From a bacterium (GTDB lineage: Bacteria; UBA8248): a stretch of 64,000 nucleotides of DNA. A program made the translations under genes and the position numbers. Below, piece after piece: positions 50,736 through 59,719 of this stretch. Numbering within the stretch: the first letter of the stretch is position 1; each line of letters opens with the position of its first letter. The notes below the pieces were generated by a model, which worked only from the letters and a program-made list of their open reading frames with translations, ran no database searches and was not told the origin of the DNA. The stretch lies in assembly GCA_965207065.1 (NCBI GenBank), contig OZ242260.1, positions 1,568,001 through 1,632,000 on the forward strand, in the 5' to 3' direction.

Positions 50736-51554
50736 ATGAGCCCCGCGCCGCCCGGCCTCGTTCACTTCCGAAGCGTCTTCATATCCGACATCCACCTGGG
50801 CACCAAAACCGCCCAGCCCGCAGCACTGCTCGAATTCCTCAAAGTGGTCGAGAGCGACAGGCTCTACCTCGTCGGCGACGTCATCGACAACTGGGCGCTC
50901 AAGCGCAACTGGTACTGGCACCAGACTCACAACGACGTCATCCAGAAACTCCTCCGGAAGGCGCGCAAGGGCACCAAGGTCTTCTACATTCCCGGCAATC
51001 ACGACGAGATGTTCCGCGACTTCTGCGGGCAGCACTTCGGCCGCGTGCGGGTGCGGCACGATTACGTGCACCGCACGGCGGACGGCAAGAAATACCTGGT
51101 GCTCCACGGCGATCAGTTCGACGGCGTCGTCCTCTACGCCAAGTGGCTGGCGCACTTCGGAGACCGCGCCTACAAGACGGCCATCTGGGTCAACCAGCGG
51201 TTCAACAAGCTCAGGCGCGTGGTGGGCCTGCCCTACTGGTCGCTCTCGGCCTATCTCAAGCGCAACGTGAAGCGCGCCGTGGAGTTCATCTCCAATCTCG
51301 AGCAGGCGGTCGTGCGAGCGGCGCGTGACGCAGGCGCCGACGGCGTCATCTGCGGGCACATCCACACGCCCGACATGCGCATGATCGAGGGAATCCACTA
51401 CTGCAACGACGGCGATTGGGTGGAGAGCTGCACGGCCCTGGTCGAGCACATGGACGGACGCCTCGAACTCATCTACTGGAACGAATACAAGAAAACCCTG
51501 GAGGAGGAACATGCGCGTTCTCATAGCGACGGACGCCTGGCGGCCGCAGGTTAA
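50736..51554 (+). CDS. plcP: Metallophosphoesterase, PlcP-like phospholipase C (LpxH-like family)
   Basis: SDIHLG, GDVID, GNHD (His rather than LpxH Arg), HGD, CGHIH, NDGDWVES; overlaps a GT4 gene. Confidence 0.7.
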   Translation: MSPAPPGLVHFRSVFISDIHLGTKTAQPAALLEFLKVVESDRLYLVGDVIDNWALKRNWYWHQTHNDVIQKLLRKARKGTKVFYIPGNHDEMFRDFCGQHFGRVRVRHDYVHRTADGKKYLVLHGDQFDGVVLYAKWLAHFGDRAYKTAIWVNQRFNKLRRVVGLPYWSLSAYLKRNVKRAVEFISNLEQAVVRAARDAGADGVICGHIHTPDMRMIEGIHYCNDGDWVESCTALVEHMDGRLELIYWNEYKKTLEEEHARSHSDGRLAAAG

Positions 51555-52602
51555 CGGGGTCGTCCGCACGATAGAGAACGTCGCGGCGCAACTGGAGGCG
51601 GCCGGACACGGCGTCCGCATGCTGACGCCCGAGGGACGCCGCACGGCCGCGCTGCCTTATTATCCCGAAATCAGGCTCGCGCGGCTCTCGCAAAAAGAGA
51701 TCACGAATACGGTTGCCGATTTCCTGCCCGACCACGTCCACGTCTCGACCGAAGGCCCCATCGGACTCGCCGTGAGGCGCTGGTGCATGAGGCGCGGACT
51801 CCCCTTCACGACGGGCTATCATACGCGCTTCCCTGAGTTTCTCGCCGCGCGCTTTCCACTTCCCGGCATGCAGCGTATTGCCTACGCCGTCCTGCGCCGG
51901 TTCCACGGGCCGGGCCTGTGCGTCATGGTCCCCACGCCGAGCATGGCGCGCGAACTGGGGGAACGGGGCTTCAACGAAGTCAGGATCTGGACGCGCGGGG
52001 TGGATCATGCGCGCTTCCGCCCCCTCCCGGGCGGCGCAACGGCGAACCTCCCCGGCCCGAGGCTCGTCTACGTGGGACGCCTCTCGGTGGAGAAGAATAT
52101 CGAGGCGTTTCTGGGTGCCGAGACGCCCGGCACCAAGGTCGTCATCGGCGACGGCCCGTCCCGCAAATCGCTCGAAGCCAGATACCCTGAGGCACATTTC
52201 ACCGGCTACCTCTTCGGCGATGATCTCGTACGCGAGATATCGGGCTGCGACGTCTTCGTCTTTCCGAGCCGTTCAGATACCTTCGGCCTCGTTATGATAG
52301 AGGCCATGGCGTGCGGCCTGCCCGTCGCGGCCTATCCGGCGCCCGGCCCCATCGACGTCGTCGAACACGGCGTGAGCGGCTGGCTAGACCAGGATTTGAG
52401 ATTAAGCATAGAGAACGCCCTCTCGCTCGACCCCGCCGCCGCCATCGCCCGCGCGCGCAAATACACCTGGGCCGAGTCGGCGCGGCAGTTCGCAGGTTCT
52501 CTCGCCCCCATCGCGCCCGAGACCGTCGACGCCGCCCTCAGGAGAGACGCGCGGCCCCGAACCACCCAAGGCGGAGCGTCGTCGACGGGGAAAGCGAGAT
52601 AA
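51511..52602 (+). CDS. GT4 glycosyltransferase (Agt/MgtA-like diacylglycerol glycosyltransferase)
   Basis: TDAWRPQVNGVV, TEGPIG, YHTRFPE, VGRLSVEKN, DTFGLVMIEAMACG. Confidence 0.85.
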   Translation: MRVLIATDAWRPQVNGVVRTIENVAAQLEAAGHGVRMLTPEGRRTAALPYYPEIRLARLSQKEITNTVADFLPDHVHVSTEGPIGLAVRRWCMRRGLPFTTGYHTRFPEFLAARFPLPGMQRIAYAVLRRFHGPGLCVMVPTPSMARELGERGFNEVRIWTRGVDHARFRPLPGGATANLPGPRLVYVGRLSVEKNIEAFLGAETPGTKVVIGDGPSRKSLEARYPEAHFTGYLFGDDLVREISGCDVFVFPSRSDTFGLVMIEAMACGLPVAAYPAPGPIDVVEHGVSGWLDQDLRLSIENALSLDPAAAIARARKYTWAESARQFAGSLAPIAPETVDAALRRDARPRTTQGGASSTGKAR

Positions 52603-52687
52603 TGGAACTGACTCAAGGCAGGTTTTTATTCTGCATTTATTTTGCGCCTGTTATTTTCAGGTGATGATGCACATGATTCCGGCGGGG

Positions 52688-53020
52688 TCAGCTTCCACCC
52701 AGGACGAACCTTGCGTTTTCGCGACGCAACATTTCAAACGGCGTCAAATAGCCGATATCCAAACCCTCGCATACATCGGGAATCTTGGTCTTCTATTGCG
52801 AACCAGATTTGATTTCGTGCGTTACGATCTCGTAGCCGCCGAAAAGAGCGTGCGCAACCAGGAAATAATCCGCATCTTGAAAAAACTCCTGACAGCGGAT
52901 TGCTCGTAATCTTGATTGGTTACCCACTCGGCTACCTCTGCGAGCGCGGAGGACATATCGGGAAGTTTGAGGAAAAATTCATCGTCACGCTTACCGGCCC
53001 ATTCGGATAGTTCGCTTTCA
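52688..53020 (-). pseudogene. DUF4411 (PIN-like) pseudogene
   Basis: ELSEWA..FFL..YEQSAV, frameshift at a T-run, ADYFLVAHAL..VTHE, internal TAG, KIPDVC..TPFEMLRRENARFVLG; 5' end missing. Confidence 0.7.
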
Positions 53021-53157
53021 GATGCCGGTCCGGCAAATATCGCCTTGGAAGCGGGTGAGAGCCGCATTCCTGGGCCAGAGTCATTTGACCGACTTCGAAT
53101 TCCACTCCGCCAGTGTTTTACTCCCCTGCACTGAGCGGCGCAGGGGTATCTATCCAT

Positions 53158-53398
53158 TTCTGTTCCGAGTGTTCAGGCCAAACAACAATACTTAAAGTAT
53201 AGGAAATCGCCCGCTTCTTATCCTCCCCAATATTGGGGAGATCCAGCGTAAATATTCGCAGCGGCTTGGGAGTCTTCAGGAAGGTGCATTACGTGAGCGC
53301 CGGAACGCTCCCATCGTGTCTGAACCGGCTTGCAATTGCCGAGTTGTTATTGAGGCCTTGGATTCCAGCTCACGGGAGGGAACGCCGAGAGGGAGGGG
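53158..53398. repeat. About 240-bp direct repeat (box promoter plus 95-bp repeat copy 3)
   Basis: Matches 50265-50508; box 53224-53239, -10 53196-53201. Confidence 0.9.
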
Positions 53399-53525
53399 TG
53401 GAGGAATCGAGGTGAGTTTTCTGTTGCTCGTTCAGGGTCACGGCAAGCGGGGCGTCGTGACTAGCGGCAAATTGAAGTAGCAGAGCGAGGTATCAGGCGA
53501 GGTTAGTAGCGAATCAGATTGTTTT

Positions 53526-54767
53526 TCACTCCCCCCACCCCAGAACAGGCAGGGACATCAGGGAGAATTCTCCGAGCGCCAGTTCGATCTCCTCGCGCAC
53601 CCAGGCGTCTCTTTCGACCTCGAGTCTTGCCTCGAGAGCGAGGCGCGTGCGCTCATCGCGCAGGCGTTTGCCGACCCGTGCCAGTGCCCAGGCGGCGTGG
53701 CCTCGGGCGAGGGGTTCGCGGTGCTCCAGCGCGCGGGCGAGGATTGCCAAGCTCTCCGCTCCTCCCGTGTTGCCGATGGCGACGATGACGTTTCGGAGAA
53801 ACCCCCCGTAGCGCGCGCGCATGACGGGCGTGCCGCGAAACGCCTTCTGGAACTGCCGCTCGTCCATCGCGGCGAACGCGTGCAAGTCGGGCGCCAGCGC
53901 CGCCGGGCGGGGGTCGAACCTCGGCTCGCGCGCGTTGGGGACGTCGTCGTTCCAGGGGCAGACCTCCTGGCAGATGTCGCAGCCGAAGATGTGAGCGCCC
54001 ATAGGAGCGCGGAGCTCCCGGGGAATCGGGCCCCTCAGTTCGATGGTAAGATAGGAGATGCAGCGCCTGGCATCTACCACGCCGGGCGCGATGATGGCGT
54101 CGGTGGGGCAATCGTCGATGCAGCGCGTGCACGTGCCGCAGTGCTCATCCATGAAGGGCGCATCAGCTTCGAGCACCCTGTTCAGGAGAAGACAGCCCAA
54201 AAAGAAATAGCTCCCCAGCTTGCGCGAGAGGAGCAGCGAGTTCTTCCCTTTCCAGCCGAGGCCCGCCATGACGGCGAGGTCGCGCTCGAGCAGGGGGCCG
54301 GTGTCCACGTAGCTTCTGCCCTCGACGCCGGGGTCGATTTCCTTCAAATCGCGCAGGACGCGGATGAGACGTTTCTTCATGAACTTGTGGTAATCCCCGC
54401 CGTGGGCGTAGCGTGCGATTTTTCCATGTCCCTCCGCGTGGGGCGTCTCCCGCTCTGGCTTGTACTGCATGGCGACGACCAGGGCCGCGCGCGTCTCCGG
54501 CCAGAGACGGCGCAAATCGCCGCGCACGTAGGGGTTTCTGGCGAGATAGCTCATCTCGCCCGCGTAGCCGCGTTCGATCCACTCGAGGTATCGCCCGTGC
54601 GCCTCGCCCAGGCCGGGCGGAGCGACGGCGGCGAGGTCGAAGCCGTGTGTGAGGGCGCATTCCTTGACCTTGCTCGTAAGCTCGCCCGCGCTCATGCGGC
54701 CCACGCCGGTGTGTGCGGAGTCTGCGCCCCTGTTTTCGGGATGCGGGTTCGGGCGGGCGTCGGCCAT
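53526..54767 (-). CDS. queG: tRNA epoxyqueuosine(34) reductase
   Basis: IARYAHGGDYH, YVDTGP, GKNSLL, CGTCTRCIDDCPT, CISYLTIE, GCDICQEVCPWN. Confidence 0.95.
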   Translation of the reverse strand: MADARPNPHPENRGADSAHTGVGRMSAGELTSKVKECALTHGFDLAAVAPPGLGEAHGRYLEWIERGYAGEMSYLARNPYVRGDLRRLWPETRAALVVAMQYKPERETPHAEGHGKIARYAHGGDYHKFMKKRLIRVLRDLKEIDPGVEGRSYVDTGPLLERDLAVMAGLGWKGKNSLLLSRKLGSYFFLGCLLLNRVLEADAPFMDEHCGTCTRCIDDCPTDAIIAPGVVDARRCISYLTIELRGPIPRELRAPMGAHIFGCDICQEVCPWNDDVPNAREPRFDPRPAALAPDLHAFAAMDERQFQKAFRGTPVMRARYGGFLRNVIVAIGNTGGAESLAILARALEHREPLARGHAAWALARVGKRLRDERTRLALEARLEVERDAWVREEIELALGEFSLMSLPVLGWGE

Positions 54768-54945
54768 GTCTTCTCCAGGCAAAACAGGATAAGTCTCGTG
54801 AACCACCGATCTTGGGGCGCGAGTGGTTCTCTTGTCAACAATTGCGCGGATATGATTTTTTAGTTACCCATGCAAGGGATTTGGTGGTATGTATTGATTC
54901 GCTTTTGCTTCAGGTGTTTCATCGCCCGCACGAGGAAAACCCGAG

Positions 54946-55659
54946 TTGAACGGCAAGACGAAAATTCTGTGGATCGCGGGGCTCTGCCTGCTGCTGACCG
55001 TGTTGCTCGCCTACCTCTTCTGGGGGCAGATAGACGACGCCTGGGCGTATCTTCTGAAGCTCCAGGACAAGAAGGAAAAATTCAGGGACTGGATTCACTC
55101 CTTCGGCCCCTGGGGGCCCGCCGTGTTCATCGGCGTGCAGGTGCTCCAGGTGGTTTTCTCCCCCATACCGGGCGAATTGACGGGGTTTCTGGGCGGGTTC
55201 GTTTACGGCGCGCTCACAGCGACGATCCTGAGCACCATCGGCCTGACGATAGGCAGTTTTCTCGCCTTCTACATCGGGCGAAGGCTGGGCCGTCCCTTCG
55301 TGGAAAAGCTCATCCCGCCCAGGATTCTCGATAAATTCGACTTCCTCATCTCGAACAGGGGCGCTTTTATCGCTTTCATCCTGTTCTCGATACCGGGTTT
55401 CCCGAAGGACTACATGTGCTACCTGCTGGGTCTGAGTCCTCTCAAGACCCTGACGTTCGTGCTCATCGCGTTTCTGGGCAGAATCCCCGGCACCATCATG
55501 CTGGGCATCCAGGGAGCCGGGATGTACAAGGAGCAATACGGGATGGTGGTCGCCCTGCTGGTGGTCATGGTGCTCTGCGGCGCGGCGGCGGTCTATTTTC
55601 AGGAGCCTCTGAGACTCTGGCTCAAGGACAAGGCCGGCCACGGGGTCGAACACGATTGA
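54946..55659 (+). CDS. TVP38/TMEM64 (VTT/DedA superfamily) membrane protein
   Basis: QVVFSPIPG, GFVYG, IPGFPKD, GRIPG. Confidence 0.88.
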   Translation: MNGKTKILWIAGLCLLLTVLLAYLFWGQIDDAWAYLLKLQDKKEKFRDWIHSFGPWGPAVFIGVQVLQVVFSPIPGELTGFLGGFVYGALTATILSTIGLTIGSFLAFYIGRRLGRPFVEKLIPPRILDKFDFLISNRGAFIAFILFSIPGFPKDYMCYLLGLSPLKTLTFVLIAFLGRIPGTIMLGIQGAGMYKEQYGMVVALLVVMVLCGAAAVYFQEPLRLWLKDKAGHGVEHD

Positions 55660-55719
55660 TGATTGAGTGATTGCGCTTTTTGAGCCGGAGGCGCGCGTTG
55701 TCTCCCAAGAGCTGGAGCA

Positions 55720-56190
55720 ACCCTCCAACCCCCCTTGTCAGGGGGGCAAGAAAAAGCAACCCCCTATCGAACGGGCAAGAGCAAAGTCACCTCTGCCCGG
55801 CGGGGGCGCATCGCCTTTTTATACCCCCCTGACAAGGGGGGGTAGGGGGGGGGTGATTTTGTAGGGACAGGTCGCGACCTGTCCCTACGGTCGAAACCCG
55901 ACCGACGAGAGAGGAAAATCACTCCCCCCTTGAGGGTCGTGGCCGACACACGAGAGGGAAGAATTACTCCCCCCTTGAGGGGGAGTCGAAGAGCTGAGGG
56001 CGTAAGCCCGAAAGCGATTCGGTGGGGGGTATAACTCGAAGTGACGATAAAACGCGATTCACCCCCCACCGATTCAGCCTTCGCACAAACCGCTCGGCTT
56101 CATCGACTCCCCCTCAAGGGGGGAGTGATATCTCTTTTCTCGTCGGTCGCGTCGAATCCTCATTGATTGGGACTTTTTCAACAGCCCGAT
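55720..56190. repeat. Dense repeat cluster (TGTCAGGGG pair, 28-bp palindromic REP at 55861-55888, MITE at 55966-56128)
   Basis: Same repeat families as at 5.0 and 15.2 kb. Confidence 0.8.
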
Positions 56191-56362
56191 ATGCGACCCC
56201 CCCCTACACCTTCACATCCGTCGAACCAAATCACGAAATCGGGCTTTCCCAACAACCCCCACTGCCGCGGTTCGTCGACAATCCCTGTCGGTTGGAAAAT
56301 CCAGGTGAGGAAAGCTGATTCGTTATGGCTGGATGCTTGTAGCTTGGCGCTAATCCCTGCCC

Positions 56363-57247
56363 CTATGAAACGCCCAGATAGAGCAGGAGCAGGGGAATGG
56401 TGATGAGGCTCAGCGCCGTGCCCGTGAAGACGATGGAAGCGGCGAGAGAGCCCTCCTCGCAGTAGCGCTCGGCGAAAATGTAGTTCAGCACGGCGGGCGG
56501 GCTGCACGACATCAGAAAGAGCGCCGCGCGGGAAGCGCCGGTGAGCGCGAAGGCTTCCGAAAGCGCCCAGGCGAGCACGAACCCGAGGCCGAACCGGAGC
56601 GCCGCGACGGAGAGGCTGATTTTGAAATCAGACGCCCGGATGGAGCGGAGCCGGTAGCCCAGCGTGAAGAGCTCCACCGGGAACATGCCGCGTCCGGTCA
56701 GGTGCGAGAAGCGCAGGATGAACTTCGGCACGGGGATCGCCGCCAGCGCGATGACGATGCCGGCAACCGCCGCGTAGAGGGCGGGCATCTTGAGGGGTTC
56801 CTTCACGCTCGCGCCGCCGCCGTAGGCCATGATCCCCAGCGTGAAGCTGATGAAGATGTTCGGAATGGAGAGCAGCACCACGTACGCCAGACCCTCTTCG
56901 CCGAAGGCCAGAAGCGCCAGGGGATAGGGCAGCGAGACGGAGTTCATGAGCATCACGCTGGGCACGAAGGGGCGCTGCGTCAAGCCCGCCGCGCGCTTGA
57001 CGGCCAGGGCGACGGCGGCCGGGATGATATGTATCAGAATCGAAATGACGCCCGTCTTGGCGAGCTCCTCCCAGTGGATCTGCTGGCGCGCCAGCGCGTC
57101 GAACACCACGGCGGGGGCGAGCAGGAACAGGACGAGTTCGGCCAGCACCCTAGGTTCGATCTTTTTCCACCGGCCGTAGAAGAAGCCGACCCCGATCACG
57201 GCCATGACCGGAAAGACGATGTTCAAAAGCGGCAATATGGAAGACAT
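56363..57247 (-). CDS. AEC (auxin efflux carrier-like) family transporter
   Basis: About 10 TM; PAVVF, NSVSLPYP, PPAVLNYIFAERY. Confidence 0.85.
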   Translation of the reverse strand: MSSILPLLNIVFPVMAVIGVGFFYGRWKKIEPRVLAELVLFLLAPAVVFDALARQQIHWEELAKTGVISILIHIIPAAVALAVKRAAGLTQRPFVPSVMLMNSVSLPYPLALLAFGEEGLAYVVLLSIPNIFISFTLGIMAYGGGASVKEPLKMPALYAAVAGIVIALAAIPVPKFILRFSHLTGRGMFPVELFTLGYRLRSIRASDFKISLSVAALRFGLGFVLAWALSEAFALTGASRAALFLMSCSPPAVLNYIFAERYCEEGSLAASIVFTGTALSLITIPLLLLYLGVS

Positions 57248-57560
57248 GCGTTTTCAGATATTCCTCTGTTGCACAAAAGAGGCTGAGTATACATACCGCT
57301 CTACCGGGCGGCCACCCCACAGGGGTGGCTGCCCCGGTAGGGTGGCTGCTCCGACAGGCAGGCCCTCAAGGCGAGGCGTCCCGTCGGATGAACCGCCTTT
57401 GCAGGCGGCTGCCTCCCTTGCGGGCGCCTTCCGCGCTCGAGAGAGAGCGACGCTCACGGCGGGAAGAATTTGCGCTCGGGCGCGGGGACGCGCTAGCCTG
57501 CGGGCGGTCTGTCGCATCAATCGTCTTTCGTTTTCTTGTTCCTGAGAGGGGTTTTGAAAA

Positions 57561-57998
57561 ATGCCGAAAGTGGATCACCTGGGTTACGCCGTGAACAATC
57601 TGGATGAGAAGAAGAACGTGATGGAGGACTTGCTGGGTTTCCGGTTTCTCGAAAGAAAGGTGTATGAGCGGCCCGGAAACACCGCGCGGCTCGATTTCTA
57701 CGAGGCCGAAGGCGCCGTGATGGAGCTCGTGGAGATGAGCGACCCCGACGCGCCGCTCAACCGGTTTATCGCCGCGCGCGGCGAGGGGCTGCACCACATC
57801 TGCTTCGTCGTCGACGACTTGAGAGCCACGATGGCCGAATGGGAGGCGAAGGGAGTCGAGTTCGTCCTCGCGCCCACATACGGCTCGCGCGGCGGCGTCA
57901 TCACCTTCACGAACGCGGCCACCACGGGCGGGCTCGCGATAGAGCTGGTGCAGTACGTCCCCGAGGGGGAGGAGATTCCCGACTGGGCGCAGAAGTAG
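57561..57998 (+). CDS. VOC family protein, methylmalonyl-CoA epimerase-like
   Basis: VDHLGYAV, MELVE, RGEGLHHICFVV, IELVQ. Confidence 0.8.
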   Translation: MPKVDHLGYAVNNLDEKKNVMEDLLGFRFLERKVYERPGNTARLDFYEAEGAVMELVEMSDPDAPLNRFIAARGEGLHHICFVVDDLRATMAEWEAKGVEFVLAPTYGSRGGVITFTNAATTGGLAIELVQYVPEGEEIPDWAQK

Positions 57999-58199
57999 GG
58001 GTCGCTTTCGAGGAGCGCGGGCCGCGCGCCGGACACGCCCGGAGCGCGAAAGGGCTCATGGCGCCCGGAGGTTTTCGGTGAGATTCGCTCTGAAAGCGGA
58101 TTCAGGGCGACGCCGGTAATTTGTGAAAAACCGTAAAACCCGAACAAAAGCCTCAATTCTTTCTTGACAAGTCGGGTTCAATCCCCCACTATTTCACCC

Positions 58200-58441
58200 G
58201 GCATACAATCCATGTGCGGTCGATCCACGGGCTGCCCGCTGAATACAATACGACTCTTCCCAAGAGTTGGAATAGGCGGGAACCCACTTTTCTTCCAAAA
58301 CGTGGATTGTATGCCAACCAGCCCGTACTTCGTCCGATGGTTCGAGTGGATCAATCCGGGTGCGGATCGGGAAGGATTGTATGGGTCGAGCTAATTCATG
58401 ATGAGCGCACCTATCTAAACCATACAAGGGCGGCTTTTTTT
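58200..58441 (+). ncRNA. Candidate structured RNA/leader, family unknown
   Basis: TTGACA-N17-CACTAT upstream; 13-bp stem 58200-58212/58303-58315 with internal helices; ends in a T-tract. Confidence 0.4.
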
Positions 58442-58572
58442 CAGGAAACTGATGCTGGAGGTGCACTATAGTTAAAAATGACCGATTGGTCAAATATGGT
58501 AACCGGCTACCGGAAATGGCGCCGGGGCGGGTTTCAGGAACGCCTCTGGAACTCAGGAAAGAAGAAGAATTT

Positions 58573-58673
58573 GGGGGTTACTCATTGGCTGCTTGACCTC
58601 GTGGAGTAGTAAGTACCGTTCCGGGTTCGAGTTGGGTCCTCAGGCCCGAGACGGGAATCAATGAGTAACCCCC
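58573..58673. other. Structured element closed by a perfect 15-bp stem
   Basis: GGGGGTTACTCATTG / CAATGAGTAACCCCC enclosing two internal hairpins. Confidence 0.55.
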
Positions 58674-58958
58674 TCCTTCTCTGGACGATGCGCGCTCGAA
58701 AGCGGATTCAAGCAAAATCAACTCTCGCGTCGGCTCCCCGAGTCGGGGGCGACCAACCCCATTATAGTCTCATCTCCCCGCCGATTGCGAGTTATTTCCC
58801 GGCCGCGGGTTTCGCGCCCCGGCGCCGGCCGCTTTTGGGGACGCCCGGCAAGGGGAAGGATGGGCGGCCGGGCCAGGAGGATGATAGTATAATGACATAT
58901 GCTCTCTCCGGTGATTTGGCCAATCGGCTGAAATCGAGAGTTGCTCGGGAGGCGCGCC

Positions 58959-59204
58959 ATGGAAAATGGATTGAACGATGAATTTAAATACTATTTGGAA
59001 AACCAGACGAATCTCGCCGAGAAGTATGACGGCAGGTATATCGTAATCAAAAATCGCAATGTAATCGGAGACTACGATACCAAGAGAGTTGCAATCGAAA
59101 CGACGATGAAAACACATATGCTGGGCACTTTTCTGGTACAGAAATGTAGCAGTGACCCCGACAGCATAAAACAAAGGTTTCTGTCGCGGGCCAATTTTTC
59201 ATAA
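58959..59204 (+). CDS. Small DUF5678-like protein
   Basis: EFKYYLENQ.NLAEKYDGRYIVIK...VIG pattern; RBS GGAGG; AT-rich. Confidence 0.65.
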   Translation: MENGLNDEFKYYLENQTNLAEKYDGRYIVIKNRNVIGDYDTKRVAIETTMKTHMLGTFLVQKCSSDPDSIKQRFLSRANFS

Positions 59205-59668
59205 TGTTCGAAAAGAAAAGTTTTGCTTTCACGACATATTGCAGAGGATATGAAAACGTCCTTTCCAATCTGGTCGAAGTCGCACCTGCCTATGACCCTG
59301 AATCAGGTTTCTCCAAGTCTTCCTTCAGGAAATACAGAGCGGTTTGGGATACCGGCGCGACGCACAGCGCGATAACGTCGCAAGTGGTTCGGGATTTCGC
59401 TTTGCGGGCTACTGGCATGGCCGTCGTTTATGACGCTACCACTACGCAAAATGTCCATACGTTTTCCGTCAACATCTTATTGCCCAACCATGTAGAGTTC
59501 CCCGATTGGGAAGTGACCGAGGCGGGTGGACTTGTCGGGAATGAAGATATCCTGATTGGCATGGACATCATCGGGACCGGGGATTTCGCGGTCAGCAATA
59601 AAGAACGAACGGTATTCACCTTTCGCTATCCTTCGCAAGAAGAAATCAGTTTTTCCAGGCAAGGCTGA
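59204..59668 (+). CDS. Retropepsin-like (clan AA) aspartic protease
   Basis: AVWDTGAT catalytic motif, ILIGMDII; TAATG coupling to the upstream ORF. Confidence 0.85.
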   Translation: MFEKKSFAFTTYCRGYENVLSNLVEVAPAYDPESGFSKSSFRKYRAVWDTGATHSAITSQVVRDFALRATGMAVVYDATTTQNVHTFSVNILLPNHVEFPDWEVTEAGGLVGNEDILIGMDIIGTGDFAVSNKERTVFTFRYPSQEEISFSRQG

Positions 59669-59719
59669 TATCCAAGACACTTTATCGGAAATATGGCGCC
59701 ATGACTCGACGGCCCCGCG

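Noticed and set aside
50736-51554. Canonical lpxH
   Set aside because: GNHD rather than GNRD, and coupling to a GT4 gene fits PlcP better.
45178-53398. Integron with attC sites
   Set aside because: No intI and no RYYYAAC/GTTRRRY imperfect palindromes; the repeats are promoter-like.
58170-58600. tmRNA gene (GGGTTCAATCCC plus YSLAA tag)
   Set aside because: No complete T-arm or acceptor stem and no GGGG..GGNTTCGAC 5' end; kept only as an unexplained tag-like ORF.
58573-58673. TPP riboswitch, SRP RNA or 6S RNA
   Set aside because: Partial CTGAG/ACCC and AAGCAGC matches only; other conserved cores are missing.
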